Counted from the stretch's first letter, positions 24,650 through 35,202 are shown. The stretch: DNA of 64,000 bases from Leptolyngbyaceae cyanobacterium (GCA_965263355.1 CBDHHL010000056.1:32001-96000), one strand, 5' to 3'. Notes: generated by a model not told the origin, from the sequence alone. Translations and numbers: made by a program.

Positions 24650-25897
24650 TTAAAGGCCCCCAACAAATCGTCCTGGATTTAAAAGACCATGGGGGTCAAA
24701 TTGCTGTTTGATGGCTGTCATCATCGATAGGGCATTACCGGTATACCCCCAGGGTTCTAACGGTAGCGGGGCGGGGGCTTGCAGAATTGTCAGGTACCCT
24801 TTGTGGGCGTTGCAATGGGATCGCAACTTTTCTAGTATGCTGACGGCGGCTCCATCCATTGACAGCCCAATTAAGCCTAGACCACTAGCATTGTGCAATC
24901 GGGCCAGCCAAGGGACAGAAACGGTGTCTAGCAACTGTAGCAGGGGCACTAACTGGGTGGGTAACAGACCCACTTTGCACAAAATCCTGGTTGGATTTGC
25001 TAATTGCAGCGCCAGGGACGACCAGTAGGTATCCTCTGCTACATCTTCATAGGTTAACCCTGTGGTGGTTGCGATCGCTTGAAAGCGCTTCACCTGTTCA
25101 TTGACACCAGCCGCAATCCCCTGAAATCGTCCAGCTAACTGTAGGCCCTGCTCGGTCGCAACTACATCCATGGCACTGACGGTGAGTCCCTGTAGTCGAG
25201 CCTGTAACGCGGCCTCGGCGATGGCCGCCGCTGTTCCCGATAACACCACTGTCTGGGATTGCTCTGCCATGGGATAAAGCCTCAAGGTGAGCTGACTGAG
25301 AATGCCCAATGTGCCATAGGCCCCGGTCATCAGCTTCATCAGGTCATAACCAGCGACGTTTTTGACAACCCGGCCACCGGCTTTAGCTACCTCACCGTCG
25401 TAGCGCACAAACTGCACACCGATTATCGTATCGCGGACGCTGCCATAGCGCTGTCGTAGAGACCCGCCATCGGCGGTGGCCACAACCCCTCCTACGGTTG
25501 CCTGTTGTGCATATAGCGGATCCACCGGCCAGAATTGTCCCTGGGGTTGCAACTTGGCCCGTAATGCGGCAATTCCCATACCTGCTTCCACCCGCATCGT
25601 AAAGTCATCGACCCAATGGTCTACCAGGCGATTGAGACGGGCGGTGCTGATCACCAGGTCAATATTGGTTAACGAGTATTGCCCCCCCCAATGTAATTTG
25701 GTCCGTTGACCGCAGCTCAGCATACGCCAACGCTGTTCATAACAGGTACGCACCACTGCCGAGAGCTGCTCAATGGATTCGGGAAAAACGACACTGAGTT
25801 GGTCAGACACCTCAAAGCGAGCATCGTTGAGACTAGACCAGGACACTACCTGGTCGGTACCAAGCAGCGATTGAAATTTATTGACTACGGAACTCAT
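24650..25897 (-). CDS. glcE: FAD-binding oxidoreductase, glycolate oxidase subunit E-like
   Basis: ATVGGVVAT, GGRVVKNVAGYDLMKLMTGAYGTLG, FDPHGLLNPGRF. Confidence 0.85.
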   Translation of the reverse strand: MSSVVNKFQSLLGTDQVVSWSSLNDARFEVSDQLSVVFPESIEQLSAVVRTCYEQRWRMLSCGQRTKLHWGGQYSLTNIDLVISTARLNRLVDHWVDDFTMRVEAGMGIAALRAKLQPQGQFWPVDPLYAQQATVGGVVATADGGSLRQRYGSVRDTIIGVQFVRYDGEVAKAGGRVVKNVAGYDLMKLMTGAYGTLGILSQLTLRLYPMAEQSQTVVLSGTAAAIAEAALQARLQGLTVSAMDVVATEQGLQLAGRFQGIAAGVNEQVKRFQAIATTTGLTYEDVAEDTYWSSLALQLANPTRILCKVGLLPTQLVPLLQLLDTVSVPWLARLHNASGLGLIGLSMDGAAVSILEKLRSHCNAHKGYLTILQAPAPLPLEPWGYTGNALSMMTAIKQQFDPHGLLNPGRFVGGL

Positions 25898-25937
25898 GGT
25901 GATGCGCTGACTGCGCCTTACATTTTATCGGCCATCG

Positions 25938-26048
25938 GGGAATGGATAATGAACAATGGATAATCTTCTTTGCTTACTAGCCGTAGGGTGGGCACACCCA
26001 TTGGTGAATGGATAGTTAACAATGGCTAATTTTCTGGGCCCACCAGGC
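25938..26048. repeat. REP-like GTAGGGTGGGCA...GCCCACC element with heptamer-type repeats
   Basis: gtagggtgggca..gcccacc enclosing aatggatagttaacaatggc; related aatggataatgaacaatggat just upstream. Confidence 0.5.
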
Positions 26049-26060
26049 CAGTGTTTAAGA

Positions 26061-26855
26061 TTATTCAATGCCAATTTTTACCGGGCCGCTACCCGAGTTT
26101 TTAGGGGGTTCCGTACGCATCTTACGGTAGTCGGCGTAGAGGCGATCGCGCCAGGTCCAAAACCGTTCATAGTCAGGATTGTCGGCTAGACCGGGGACAC
26201 CTTTTTCGCACAAACCTGCTGGTAGGTCTACATAGCGCTGGCCTGGAAACTTGAGATACATGGAAATTCCAGCGACGGCAAAGTCTGCCAGGGTGGGCTG
26301 AATGCCTACCAGGTAGGGATGCTCTGATAGGACAACACAGATGGATGACAGGGCCTGTTGCAAACTGAGGCTGGCGGTTTTGATATCATCTGGGCCAAAG
26401 CCGATGCCGGTGCCGAGTAGATTGAGTAGATCTCCAGGGACGGCACTGACCAGGTCTTTTACTAGATCTGGTGTGGATGCGGGCAACAGCGATGTCCGAA
26501 AACTAGGATGTTGGTTAAAGGCTCCGATCATGGCTTTGCGGGCATTGGGGCCAATGGACTCGTCGGCCCAGTCCTCAATCATGCAACATAGACCCCGCAT
26601 GGCACCATCGGCGGGTAAAACTGGACGTTCAGGGTAGGCATCGTCGAGATAGGTTGCGATCGCAGTAGAATCTGCCACCACCGTTGTCCCATCCTTAAGC
26701 ACAGGCACTTGTCGTTGGCCTGACAGACGATATAGCTCTACCTGCCCCACACCCGGTGTAACCTCCACCGTTTTATAGGGCAGTTGCTTGTAGTCCAAAA
26801 CTAATCGAACCTTTTCACAATAATGAGATGCTTCAAACTGGTGTAGCTCTAACAT
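26061..26855 (-). CDS. Cyanobacterial glutathione S-transferase family protein
   Basis: SHYCEKVRLVLDYK, QVPVLKDG, DSTAIA, PTLADFAVAG. Confidence 0.9.
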   Translation of the reverse strand: MLELHQFEASHYCEKVRLVLDYKQLPYKTVEVTPGVGQVELYRLSGQRQVPVLKDGTTVVADSTAIATYLDDAYPERPVLPADGAMRGLCCMIEDWADESIGPNARKAMIGAFNQHPSFRTSLLPASTPDLVKDLVSAVPGDLLNLLGTGIGFGPDDIKTASLSLQQALSSICVVLSEHPYLVGIQPTLADFAVAGISMYLKFPGQRYVDLPAGLCEKGVPGLADNPDYERFWTWRDRLYADYRKMRTEPPKNSGSGPVKIGIE

Positions 26856-26877
26856 TTTGGGAGAGAAGAGTTAGGGG

Positions 26878-27642
26878 TTAAGAACATCCTTTTGGTTCAG
26901 TCACCTTGACGGTCAAATTGCCATAGCCCAAGGGTTCAATCAGCTGACGCATGGTTACTTCAGCCCGCTCGCTGGCCATGGTCAAAATGCCCTGGTCACA
27001 GGCACCCTGGCGGATCCGCTTGAGGGCTTCCTGCTGGGCCAATGTCTGCAATTCGGGAGCCCGATCTGGCCCTAAACTAAGAAAGCCACGATTGTAGTCG
27101 TAAACTTTTGAACGGGTGACATCCAGCTTGCTGTCCAAAATTTTAGGAGCAGGGAGGGTGACCACTAAGCTGGGCGGCAGCTCTTCAGAATCGTCAATTA
27201 CCTGGATATTATCTTCACTGATGGCATCGAGGTCGATGCCTGCTCGAACTTCGCCATGGGCAATGTATAGCAAATTGGTTTGACCAATAACATAGTTGCC
27301 CACGGTACGATTACTTTCTGTGGGCACCACAGCTTCCATGGAAAATATGGCAGTGGTTAGTTCGCTGGCCCCCTGAACTTGTTCGACAATCAGGGTGCGG
27401 GTATCCACCTTATCTTCCGCTGGTTTCGGCGTAAACATTAGCTTCACACCATCCATAAACTGATCTCCAGTGCGCCACAGACCGTAGCCTGCCACTGACG
27501 CCACTATCAAACCGCCCCCTAAAAGGGCCATAGATAGCATTGATAAGATCCGTAAACGGCTGGGCTGAGGCCTTTTATCTTTCTGTCTATCCGGTTTACG
27601 AGATCGACTGCGGTTAGCAACACGAGAGGGACGAGTAAACAT
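26878..27642 (-). CDS. DUF4230 domain protein
   Basis: SELTTA, GEVRAGIDL, VTLPAPKIL; single N-terminal TM. Confidence 0.8.
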   Translation of the reverse strand: MFTRPSRVANRSRSRKPDRQKDKRPQPSRLRILSMLSMALLGGGLIVASVAGYGLWRTGDQFMDGVKLMFTPKPAEDKVDTRTLIVEQVQGASELTTAIFSMEAVVPTESNRTVGNYVIGQTNLLYIAHGEVRAGIDLDAISEDNIQVIDDSEELPPSLVVTLPAPKILDSKLDVTRSKVYDYNRGFLSLGPDRAPELQTLAQQEALKRIRQGACDQGILTMASERAEVTMRQLIEPLGYGNLTVKVTEPKGCS

Positions 27643-27886
27643 GAAGCTGCCTAGAATGCTAGGGATGATTCTAGCGTCAGTTGCCAAGAATGAACGGTCA
27701 ATTCGGTCAGTTGTATTAAACCTTGTCCACGCCCAGAACGGCAGTTTTACCGTAGAGCAACCTCCAGGATTCAATTTGAACTTGGTTTAAATGTCCTATT
27801 TTTTGTACGACTTTATTGGATGCAAGTATGGTTCCATACAATTAAGGCAAACACGATAAGGTGGGTAAAGCACTGCCCTATCTTGC

Positions 27887-28300
27887 TTGTTTATGACCTC
27901 CTCTGCATCTGAGACCAACCGACAGCGCCTTCAAACGTTCCGCAACAAACTACTCAAACTTCACAAACTGCTCCTAGACTCAGAGCGTGTGCGCTATGAG
28001 CAAGTGAATGGTCCAATTAAGAATAAGGGTGAATTTTTTCAGCTGGTGATTGGAGACGACGCCTTTAGCTGGCTGCGACCCATTTCTCAATTTATTGTGC
28101 AAATTGATGAGTTTACTAGTGCGAAGGAACCGCCTGAGAATCCTGAAGAGACTGCGGCAATTTTGCTGGAGAAAGGTCGTTTAATGCTGAAGCCTGATGA
28201 ACATTCGGTAACGCCGTTGGCGGCTAAGTATTTTGAAGCGATTCAGAGTAATCCCCAGGTGGCGCTGATGAATGCGGAGATTACTAAAGTTTTTCGTTGA
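27887..28300 (+). CDS. Conserved hypothetical protein
   Basis: LLKLHKLLLDSER...FSWLRPISQFIVQIDE helical protein. Confidence 0.75.
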   Translation: MFMTSSASETNRQRLQTFRNKLLKLHKLLLDSERVRYEQVNGPIKNKGEFFQLVIGDDAFSWLRPISQFIVQIDEFTSAKEPPENPEETAAILLEKGRLMLKPDEHSVTPLAAKYFEAIQSNPQVALMNAEITKVFR

Positions 28301-28590
28301 TGGATGATGGGTTTAACTGGCCAGTCTGAATCAGGCAATGACGTTCAACCAAACGCTTTGGTCGATTGGTTTTGAGTAAGGCCAATGTTGCTCTACCAAT
28401 AGGAGTTAAGCGAGCAAGCCAGTGCTAGATTCTCTGCAGTTGTTTGTCCGCCATGTTTTTCTGCAATGACATGATCGATTTGATGTGCGGCTAATGCCAT
28501 TACTTTGGGGATGAGGCAATACTCGCAGCGACTTTGGGCACGATCATAGGCTAGCTTACGCAGACTAACTGGCACATAGGTTTTGCTCAT
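28284..28590 (-). pseudogene. HNH endonuclease, internally deleted and frameshifted
   Basis: RCEYC..IDHVIAEKHGG..NLALACS, then the family C-terminus LTPIGRATLALLKTNRPKRLVER follows immediately in another frame. Confidence 0.8.
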
Positions 28591-28813
28591 GCAGCATTTT
28601 GTAATTTAAGCAAGGCCTGGGCTTTTGCTATACGGACAAGATGTTCGACAAATTCATACTGTTGCCAGAGAACTTGCTCTATGGAATTCAATTCACCATT
28701 TTGATTTTTTTCAAGCAGTGTATTGATCTGGGCTTGAGCAGTTTCTGATAAGCGCAGGTCTAAGATTTCTTGAGGTGAGGGTAAGTTGGCCACCCTCAAA
28801 GAAATTATTCCAT
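28587..28813 (-). pseudogene. Degenerate small partner gene usually upstream of this HNH type
   Basis: LPSPQEILDLRLSE..LLEKNQNGEL..EHLVRIAKAQA; ATG at 28813 is out of frame; 4-bp overlap with the HNH start. Confidence 0.55.
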
Positions 28814-28837
28814 GCTATTCGCACTATAGCCAGACCT

Positions 28838-28888
28838 AACCACGTCCAAGGTTCAACCTATTTGTTGGGTTTTATGGGGACAAGACAG
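28838..28888 (-). repeat. Shortened reverse copy of the 71-bp repeat
   Basis: Minus strand cttgtcc...aggttgaaccttggacgtggtt. Confidence 0.6.
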
Positions 28889-29051
28889 TGTAAGACAAAA
28901 TCTCCTGGGCGAGATTACCCATATTTTTGAATAGATGATGGGCTCCTGCTTGGGTTAGTCGATACTCTTTCATTAATTCAGCATTGGCAATGTGCTCGCT
29001 ATCAACAAGTACGCCATCGCAATCAAAGATTATGAGTTCAAAGCCATTCAT
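28872..29051 (-). pseudogene. HAD-superfamily hydrolase remnant (internal deletion)
   Basis: 59-aa ORF MNGFELIIFDCDGVLVDSEHIAN joined to C-terminal-type LTQAGAHHLFKNM; below the ORF-track cutoff. Confidence 0.75.
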
Positions 29052-29321
29052 GATCTATGCTTTATGTCTTATTTGGTCACCTACTTATAACAACCTATTT
29101 GATATAGAGCTTCACAACCAATCTTGTCGCTTGAGCGATAGTCCTTAATTCTTGAGCTTTATAACCGACTTTGTGCAGGATGCGAGTACTTTAAATTTGG
29201 ACGTTGATTTAGTAAAAATCAGTAAAATTCAGGCTTAAAATTGGTAATCCTATGAAACGTTAGCTCAGTTTAATGCCAATCTATGGAAGTTGACAGTGAT
29301 GGATGATGGCCGATAGCTCCC

Positions 29322-30377
29322 ATGGTGTCTGTTATTCTACAGAAAATCTTTTTAGGGAATACCGTTAAAGCCTATGGTATTGCCCTGCTGAATATTGGTG
29401 TGGGTATTGCGATCGCACATCTCCTAAAACACCTCATTCTGCGCCGCCTTCAACGCTGGGCCAAACGCACGACAAATACCCTGGACGATCAACTTGTCCG
29501 CTTGATTGAGCGGCCCACCCTGTGGCTGCTTTACCTGGGTTCCTGCTATATCAGTTTGCAAAACTTGACCCTATATCCCACGGTTTACCAACTGCTGAGA
29601 GGCACTGGCGTAATTTTTGCCACCTTGTTATTACTGCAGCTAGCGGGGTCAGTGGCTGAATATAGCCTGCGTATTTATGGCTTTATCCACCGCGATCAGC
29701 CTAACATCCGTCAAAGTCTCAATGCCCTGATTCCAGCGGTGCGAGTGTTTCTGTGGGCCATTGGTATTGTTTTTGTGCTGGATAACCTGGGGTTTGACAT
29801 TTCGGCTGTAGTCACGGGTCTAGGCATTGGGGGGGTGGCCATTGCCCTGGCTTCCCAAGGGATTTTACAAGACCTGTTTAGTTACTTTTCCATTTTGTTA
29901 GATCGCCCCTTTGAAATTGGTGACTTTATTGTTATTGCCGATATGGCGGGTACCGTCGAACAGGTGGGTATCAAAACCACACGTCTTAAAAGTCTTGACG
30001 GAGAACAACTTGTATTTGCTAACACCGATCTCACATCTGCGCGGCTCCAAAATTTTCAGCGTATGGCCCACCGACGGATTGCCTTTAATCTAGGCGTTAC
30101 CTACGAAACTAGCATGGACCAACTGGAGCAGATCCCCACCATCCTTCGTCGCATTATTGAAGAGATTCCCCAGGTCACATTTGACCGGGCCCATTTCGCT
30201 AGCTTTGGAGACTTTAGCCTCAACTACGAAGTTGTTTACTTAGTGGACACCAATGATTACACCCTCTATCGAGATGTTCAACAACAGATGAACTTAGCCA
30301 TCAAACAACAGTTTGACCAAGCAGGCATAGAGTTTGCCTATCCGACCCAGGTGTTATACCTAAATCAGAACTCATAA
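29322..30377 (+). CDS. Small-conductance mechanosensitive channel (MscS family)
   Basis: GLGIGGVAIALASQ, DRPFEIGDFI, GTVEQVGIKTTRL, GIEFAYPTQ. Confidence 0.93.
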   Translation: MVSVILQKIFLGNTVKAYGIALLNIGVGIAIAHLLKHLILRRLQRWAKRTTNTLDDQLVRLIERPTLWLLYLGSCYISLQNLTLYPTVYQLLRGTGVIFATLLLLQLAGSVAEYSLRIYGFIHRDQPNIRQSLNALIPAVRVFLWAIGIVFVLDNLGFDISAVVTGLGIGGVAIALASQGILQDLFSYFSILLDRPFEIGDFIVIADMAGTVEQVGIKTTRLKSLDGEQLVFANTDLTSARLQNFQRMAHRRIAFNLGVTYETSMDQLEQIPTILRRIIEEIPQVTFDRAHFASFGDFSLNYEVVYLVDTNDYTLYRDVQQQMNLAIKQQFDQAGIEFAYPTQVLYLNQNS

Positions 30378-30381
30378 CCGC

Positions 30382-30903
30382 TCAAATTGCAATATTAAAA
30401 CTGTCTCGACGATGGAAGTCGGGTTCTTCGCCTGGATGTTCGAGGGCCCAATGGGAGATGCTATCGGTTTTGAGGACGGTGCTCACACCGAGTTCCAAGG
30501 GTTGATCAAGGGCGAGCCAGTCGTCTGTGGAGAGTTCCAGGGTTAAATAGTAGCCCTTGGTGAGGGGTTGCCAGGTACTGGCAACCTGTTTGCACGCAGG
30601 TTCAGCTACCATGGCTTGACGGTAGTCGTCAAAACGATAAACGTTCCAGTCCCCGTTAGGGGCCGCATTGACTTCCCAATAGCGAGGTGAGTCGGGGATG
30701 CCGATAAAGACTTCAAAACAAGTGTCTTCCCAAAGATGATCGCGACGGCTAGGGGATTGACCGGTGGGAGGAACTTGCAGGGTTTCGACGGCCCCTGTGA
30801 GGGTGTACTCGATGGTGAGGGAGGATTGCGATCGCACTACCCGGCCAGAAATCACTAAATTAGAGACGGGTTCAAACGGTTTTAGCGAAAATGGGATAGC
30901 CAT
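30382..30903 (-). CDS. DOMON-like domain protein
   Basis: RRDHLWEDTCFEVFI, YWEVNAAPNGDWNVYRFDDYR, HWALEHP..PDFH. Confidence 0.82.
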   Translation of the reverse strand: MAIPFSLKPFEPVSNLVISGRVVRSQSSLTIEYTLTGAVETLQVPPTGQSPSRRDHLWEDTCFEVFIGIPDSPRYWEVNAAPNGDWNVYRFDDYRQAMVAEPACKQVASTWQPLTKGYYLTLELSTDDWLALDQPLELGVSTVLKTDSISHWALEHPGEEPDFHRRDSFNIAI

Positions 30904-31066
30904 AGATGTCAGATGTCTCCTAGGGGCATAAAAATTAGGTAGATAGGGTCTAGAGAGGCGGACGGAATATCGCTTAAATTCCCTATAAATAAGGCTTAGG
31001 GGTAATAGTCACCAGGCACTGATGGTCACTGAGTGGTTTTCAGAACTCAGTACATACTTAATAGTT

Positions 31067-32236
31067 CTATGCTGCACGGTCTGCTTCAGTACAGTAATGG
31101 GCTTTTAGTTGATTAATTACCCTTTGAATCGCCTGTCCCTGATTGCGAATGCTCTCAGCCAGCTGAAATTGGACCATTGCCCGTTCTAAATTATGGTTAG
31201 GGCGCTGGGTCTTAAAATAAATGTCCCCTGCCAGGTGATCACTAAAAAAGCGTAAGCCTAGCTCAAAGGTGATCAACCAAATGGCATCATAAATATAGTC
31301 ATATTCCACCCTGTTAAGAAATGCGCTGGCGCTAGACAGATACCCCCGGAGGACAGCTGCACATAGGGTGACATCAAAGCTGACAGCCTGCCAATTTGGG
31401 GTTTCTTCTCCCAGGGCATTGCAGCTAGAGCGTAAACAATCGCCAATATCGTAGTGGACAAGCCCTGGTTTAACCGTATCGAGATCAATCAGGCTAGCGG
31501 CCTGTCCCGTGGCTGTGTCAATCAATATATTATTGATTTTTGGATCTCCATGAATGGAGCGTAGGGGTAACGTGCCATCGGCTTTGGCATCTTCTAAGAC
31601 AGATAACCGCTCTCGATGGTTGGCGATCAAGCTACAACAATGCTGCTCCTCCAGGGACAGGGAGTCGGTTTGCTGCCGAACAGCGTCGTATTGATTGAGA
31701 TAATGGGGGGTAATGTGGAAGCCAGGTAGCGTATCTGCCAGGTTTGTGGAGGGCAAATCGCTCAGCAAACTGTGAAAACAACCGAGACCGTAACCAATTT
31801 CAGTGGCGTGTTCCTGGTTTTGAATCGTATTGAATGTAGTGGTGCCTTGGACAAAGCTCAGCCCCCGCCAAACATTACCCAGGCCATCTATCCAGTGGTG
31901 TTGGTTATGCTCTGTTCTGAGTACCGTAGGCACTTCCCAACGCCGCTTTAGGGGAGTTTTGTCTAGACGTTCACGGGCATGGCTAACAAATTGACAGAGG
32001 TTATCCATGACCTGATGCGGTTGGGGAAACACCTCGGTATTGATCCGCTGGAGGACAAATGGCTGTTGTTCTGTATGAACTAGATAGGTATCGTTAATAT
32101 TGCCACTGCCGAGGGGGCAAATGTTTTGCACAACATTATCGCCAACAAATTGTTTGGCAATGTGGATGAGGGCATTGGTCTGGGTTATATCGGTCTGATA
32201 TCTCAGGGAATTGGGTAGCTCAGCCTCGGAGACCAT
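31067..32236 (-). CDS. APH/choline-kinase-like phosphotransferase (N-acetylhexosamine kinase-like)
   Basis: LGSGNINDTY, LQRIN, HGDPKINNIL, IDLDT, YDIGDCLRS. Confidence 0.85.
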   Translation of the reverse strand: MVSEAELPNSLRYQTDITQTNALIHIAKQFVGDNVVQNICPLGSGNINDTYLVHTEQQPFVLQRINTEVFPQPHQVMDNLCQFVSHARERLDKTPLKRRWEVPTVLRTEHNQHHWIDGLGNVWRGLSFVQGTTTFNTIQNQEHATEIGYGLGCFHSLLSDLPSTNLADTLPGFHITPHYLNQYDAVRQQTDSLSLEEQHCCSLIANHRERLSVLEDAKADGTLPLRSIHGDPKINNILIDTATGQAASLIDLDTVKPGLVHYDIGDCLRSSCNALGEETPNWQAVSFDVTLCAAVLRGYLSSASAFLNRVEYDYIYDAIWLITFELGLRFFSDHLAGDIYFKTQRPNHNLERAMVQFQLAESIRNQGQAIQRVINQLKAHYCTEADRAA

Positions 32237-32326
32237 GGGCTTAGTTCGATCAAACTTGGCTAATCATACTTCCAACCCTGAGAATTGGGAAACTGGATGG
32301 GCCATAAGAAGATTCTATCAATATGT

Positions 32327-32368
32327 AGAATTCGGAATTTGGAGTTCGGAATTCGGAATTCAGAGTAC
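32327..32368. repeat. Heptamer tandem repeat (STRR-like)
   Basis: gaattcg-gaatttg-gagttcg-gaattcg-gaattca. Confidence 0.7.
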
Positions 32369-32411
32369 TCTTCTCTTCGAGAATGTCAGGGGCGAACGAG
32401 AAGGGGGGTGA

Positions 32412-35048
32412 CTACAGACCATTTCCGATCAAAATAAACGATGACCAATAGTAGGGATGACTATAGGAATTGGGGAGACTAGGTAGCGCTTCGCGAAAAG
32501 TCTCGGCAAAGCCTCGTTGGTTGGCGGCCAGTGCTTGCTGGTTTTCAGTGATCAGGGCAATTTGGGCCTGGCGTAAGGCTTCGCTTTTTCCCTGGCCCTG
32601 TTGTAAGTGGTCATAAAATGAGGTCATTAGGGCCTGGGTGCCACCGTCATCTACGGACCATAGCGATGCGATCGCACTTTTCGCCCCTGCCCGTTGGATT
32701 TGGTAACCAAAGCCCAAAATCTCTTCTCCATTTCCCAGGGTACCGCCCAGCCCGGTCTGGCATGCACTCAGGACGACCAGATCCACATTCCGTAAACTCC
32801 AAGTAGACATATCCCGGAGACTGACTCGGTCGCCATCACCCAAGAGAATAAATGACTCTTCCGGCTGACCGGAGACAAATTCAGCATGGGTGGCCATATG
32901 CACAATGCTGTAGTCGTCCATTTGAGGAATAGTCGTAGCTCCATTAAAGGCTTCATTGAGGAGCTGTGTGGTATCGACAAATTTATCCACCAGTGTGGTC
33001 ACTTCAACCTTTGCGTAAGGCAGTCCAGCAAGGCTGACCTGGCGAGTGCCCACCTGCAGATTGTAATTACCCTCACTAAACGCAGCGGCCAAAATGCTAG
33101 GGCTAGGGTTGGGTATGGTGTTAAAGTCCGTCAGGCTGGCGGCAGTGATATTAGTAATTTGAAACCGCTCAATTAGCCATTGCTCACCGTCATAGAGTGC
33201 GCCCAAGGGGACATAACGCAGAGGACCATCGGGAGAATACACAATGGTCTCGGCCTCGGCCTGGGCTAGATCCGCTTCAATGGGCTTGATTAAGTAATTG
33301 TAGAGCTGCTCCATGGCCGGACGGGCATCGCTGCGGCGATTGCTTAATGCCTGACGGGCGGTTTCGAGGGCGGCTTGCAACTCATCAGCGGTGACATCGA
33401 CGCTCCGGTGTAAAGGGGGCGCATAGGCACTCACCAGCACTAGCTCTAAGCGGTCTTCTAAAATTAGCGGATAGACTAGCACCGCATTATCCAGCGTTTG
33501 TAAGTTATCTTGCAGGCTATTGAGGTTATATAGATTGAGGTTTTGCTGACGACTGGCATTTCCCAGTTGGGTCACCAGTGTAGACACTTCGGGGCTATCA
33601 ATAAAGTGGTTAAACTCAGCGGTTTTGGCCTGCTGTGAGGTAACTAGCTCGCTGATGCGTTGCTGTTGGCTGGGGGTGCGTTGAGAACGGGGAATGCGTC
33701 TGAGTTGAGCTAATTCTCGGCCATCGGCCACGGTCTGATCATAAAGCTCTAGCAACTCGGTTTCTGCTGGTTGCAATGGTGCTTCTCCGAGATCAGGTGA
33801 ATCGGTGGCTGGGACATCGTCTAAGTAATCATCGACTTCTTGGACTTTTAGCAGATCCAGGATCGCTTGAGCTTCAATTACCCGATCCTGTTGTAAGAGT
33901 AAATCCGCTAGGGTGCGATAGGTTGTGGCAAAGGTTCTGGGAAAGATGGCCCGCTGTTCCAGGGGCAGTACGCGTAAGTCTTGACGGACATCTTCGAAAA
34001 CGGTGATGGCCTGTTTGTAAAGTGCGATCGCCAGCTCATGTTCACCCTGAGCGTTGAGAATATTGCCAATCTGACTCAGGGTTTCCCCTTCCAAAGCACG
34101 ATAGCCCAGCTCATCAAACAGAGCCGCCGCTTCATAGAGTTTGACTAATGCCTGGTCCCAATCACCACTGCGACCATAGGAAATGCCCATGTTTTGCAAC
34201 AGGGTGGCTTCAGACGCTATGTCACTACGGGTACGGGAAATGTCTAACGCTTCTCCATAGGCTGTAAACGCAGCATCGTATTGGCGCTGCAAATGGTAAG
34301 CCCCCCCTAGCCGCGTTAGGGTAACTTGAGTCCCCTCGGCGTCATTGACGTCTCGCCACAGGGTCAGGGCTGACTGATAGCTAGCTACGGCTGCTGGTAA
34401 CCGATCCTGCTCCAGGTGAATCTCACCAATGCCATGGAGTGCCGCCGCCTGACGCCGAGTATCTCCCTGGGCCTTAGTTTGGGCTGTTTCGTAAGCGTTG
34501 AGCGCTTGGTCCCACTGGCGATTTTCTTCATAGGCAGCGGCCAAATAACGCCAGGTGTCTGCAATACCAGCCAACAGTCCGGCCTGTTCAAATAGGTCTA
34601 AGGCTTGTTGATGAGCCCCTAAGGCCTCAGACGTTCGGCCAAACCGGGTATGGACTTGACCGATACCATTCAAGGAGTCACCTTTGGTTTGAGGGGATGG
34701 CGCAACGGTCAAGGCCCGTTGATGGCGTGCTAACGATTGGGGATATTGTCCGACCTGGCGGTAGGCATCGCCCATGTGGTTGAGGATACGAGCTTCTTCA
34801 CCGGAATCATTGTTTTGCCGCGCCAGGCTTAGAGCCGCCTCAAAAAAAATCAAGCCTGGCACACCACCGCCTACGGGCTGGGCCACTTCCCCATCTGCCA
34901 GCCCCGTCTCAATTAAAGACTCTATATCACAGGGAGATAGTTGAGCGCAGGCCTGCTCGATGGGTGTTTGGCCATAGCTAACAGGGGCTGCAATCCCCGT
35001 TAGCAACAATGCGCTCAGCCCTACAAAGAACGAACAATAACGGTTCAT
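32412..35048 (-). CDS. TPR + CHAT (caspase/HetF) domain protein with signal peptide
   Basis: Multiple TPRs; HMATHA, LVVLSACQTG, ASLWSVDD, HPYYWSSFILIGN. Confidence 0.92.
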   Translation of the reverse strand: MNRYCSFFVGLSALLLTGIAAPVSYGQTPIEQACAQLSPCDIESLIETGLADGEVAQPVGGGVPGLIFFEAALSLARQNNDSGEEARILNHMGDAYRQVGQYPQSLARHQRALTVAPSPQTKGDSLNGIGQVHTRFGRTSEALGAHQQALDLFEQAGLLAGIADTWRYLAAAYEENRQWDQALNAYETAQTKAQGDTRRQAAALHGIGEIHLEQDRLPAAVASYQSALTLWRDVNDAEGTQVTLTRLGGAYHLQRQYDAAFTAYGEALDISRTRSDIASEATLLQNMGISYGRSGDWDQALVKLYEAAALFDELGYRALEGETLSQIGNILNAQGEHELAIALYKQAITVFEDVRQDLRVLPLEQRAIFPRTFATTYRTLADLLLQQDRVIEAQAILDLLKVQEVDDYLDDVPATDSPDLGEAPLQPAETELLELYDQTVADGRELAQLRRIPRSQRTPSQQQRISELVTSQQAKTAEFNHFIDSPEVSTLVTQLGNASRQQNLNLYNLNSLQDNLQTLDNAVLVYPLILEDRLELVLVSAYAPPLHRSVDVTADELQAALETARQALSNRRSDARPAMEQLYNYLIKPIEADLAQAEAETIVYSPDGPLRYVPLGALYDGEQWLIERFQITNITAASLTDFNTIPNPSPSILAAAFSEGNYNLQVGTRQVSLAGLPYAKVEVTTLVDKFVDTTQLLNEAFNGATTIPQMDDYSIVHMATHAEFVSGQPEESFILLGDGDRVSLRDMSTWSLRNVDLVVLSACQTGLGGTLGNGEEILGFGYQIQRAGAKSAIASLWSVDDGGTQALMTSFYDHLQQGQGKSEALRQAQIALITENQQALAANQRGFAETFREALPSLPNSYSHPYYWSSFILIGNGL

Positions 35049-35202
35049 AGCAATCCATCCACACCGTTCACCATGTTAATTAACCCAACTCAGACTGATG
35101 GGTAACTTAGTCCGTTTAAACAGGGTGACGCTGACCTATCCTGAAACTTTGGCGAAAGGTTCACATAAATTTCTTGGCAGTTTTGGCTTAGGAGTATTGG
35201 CC

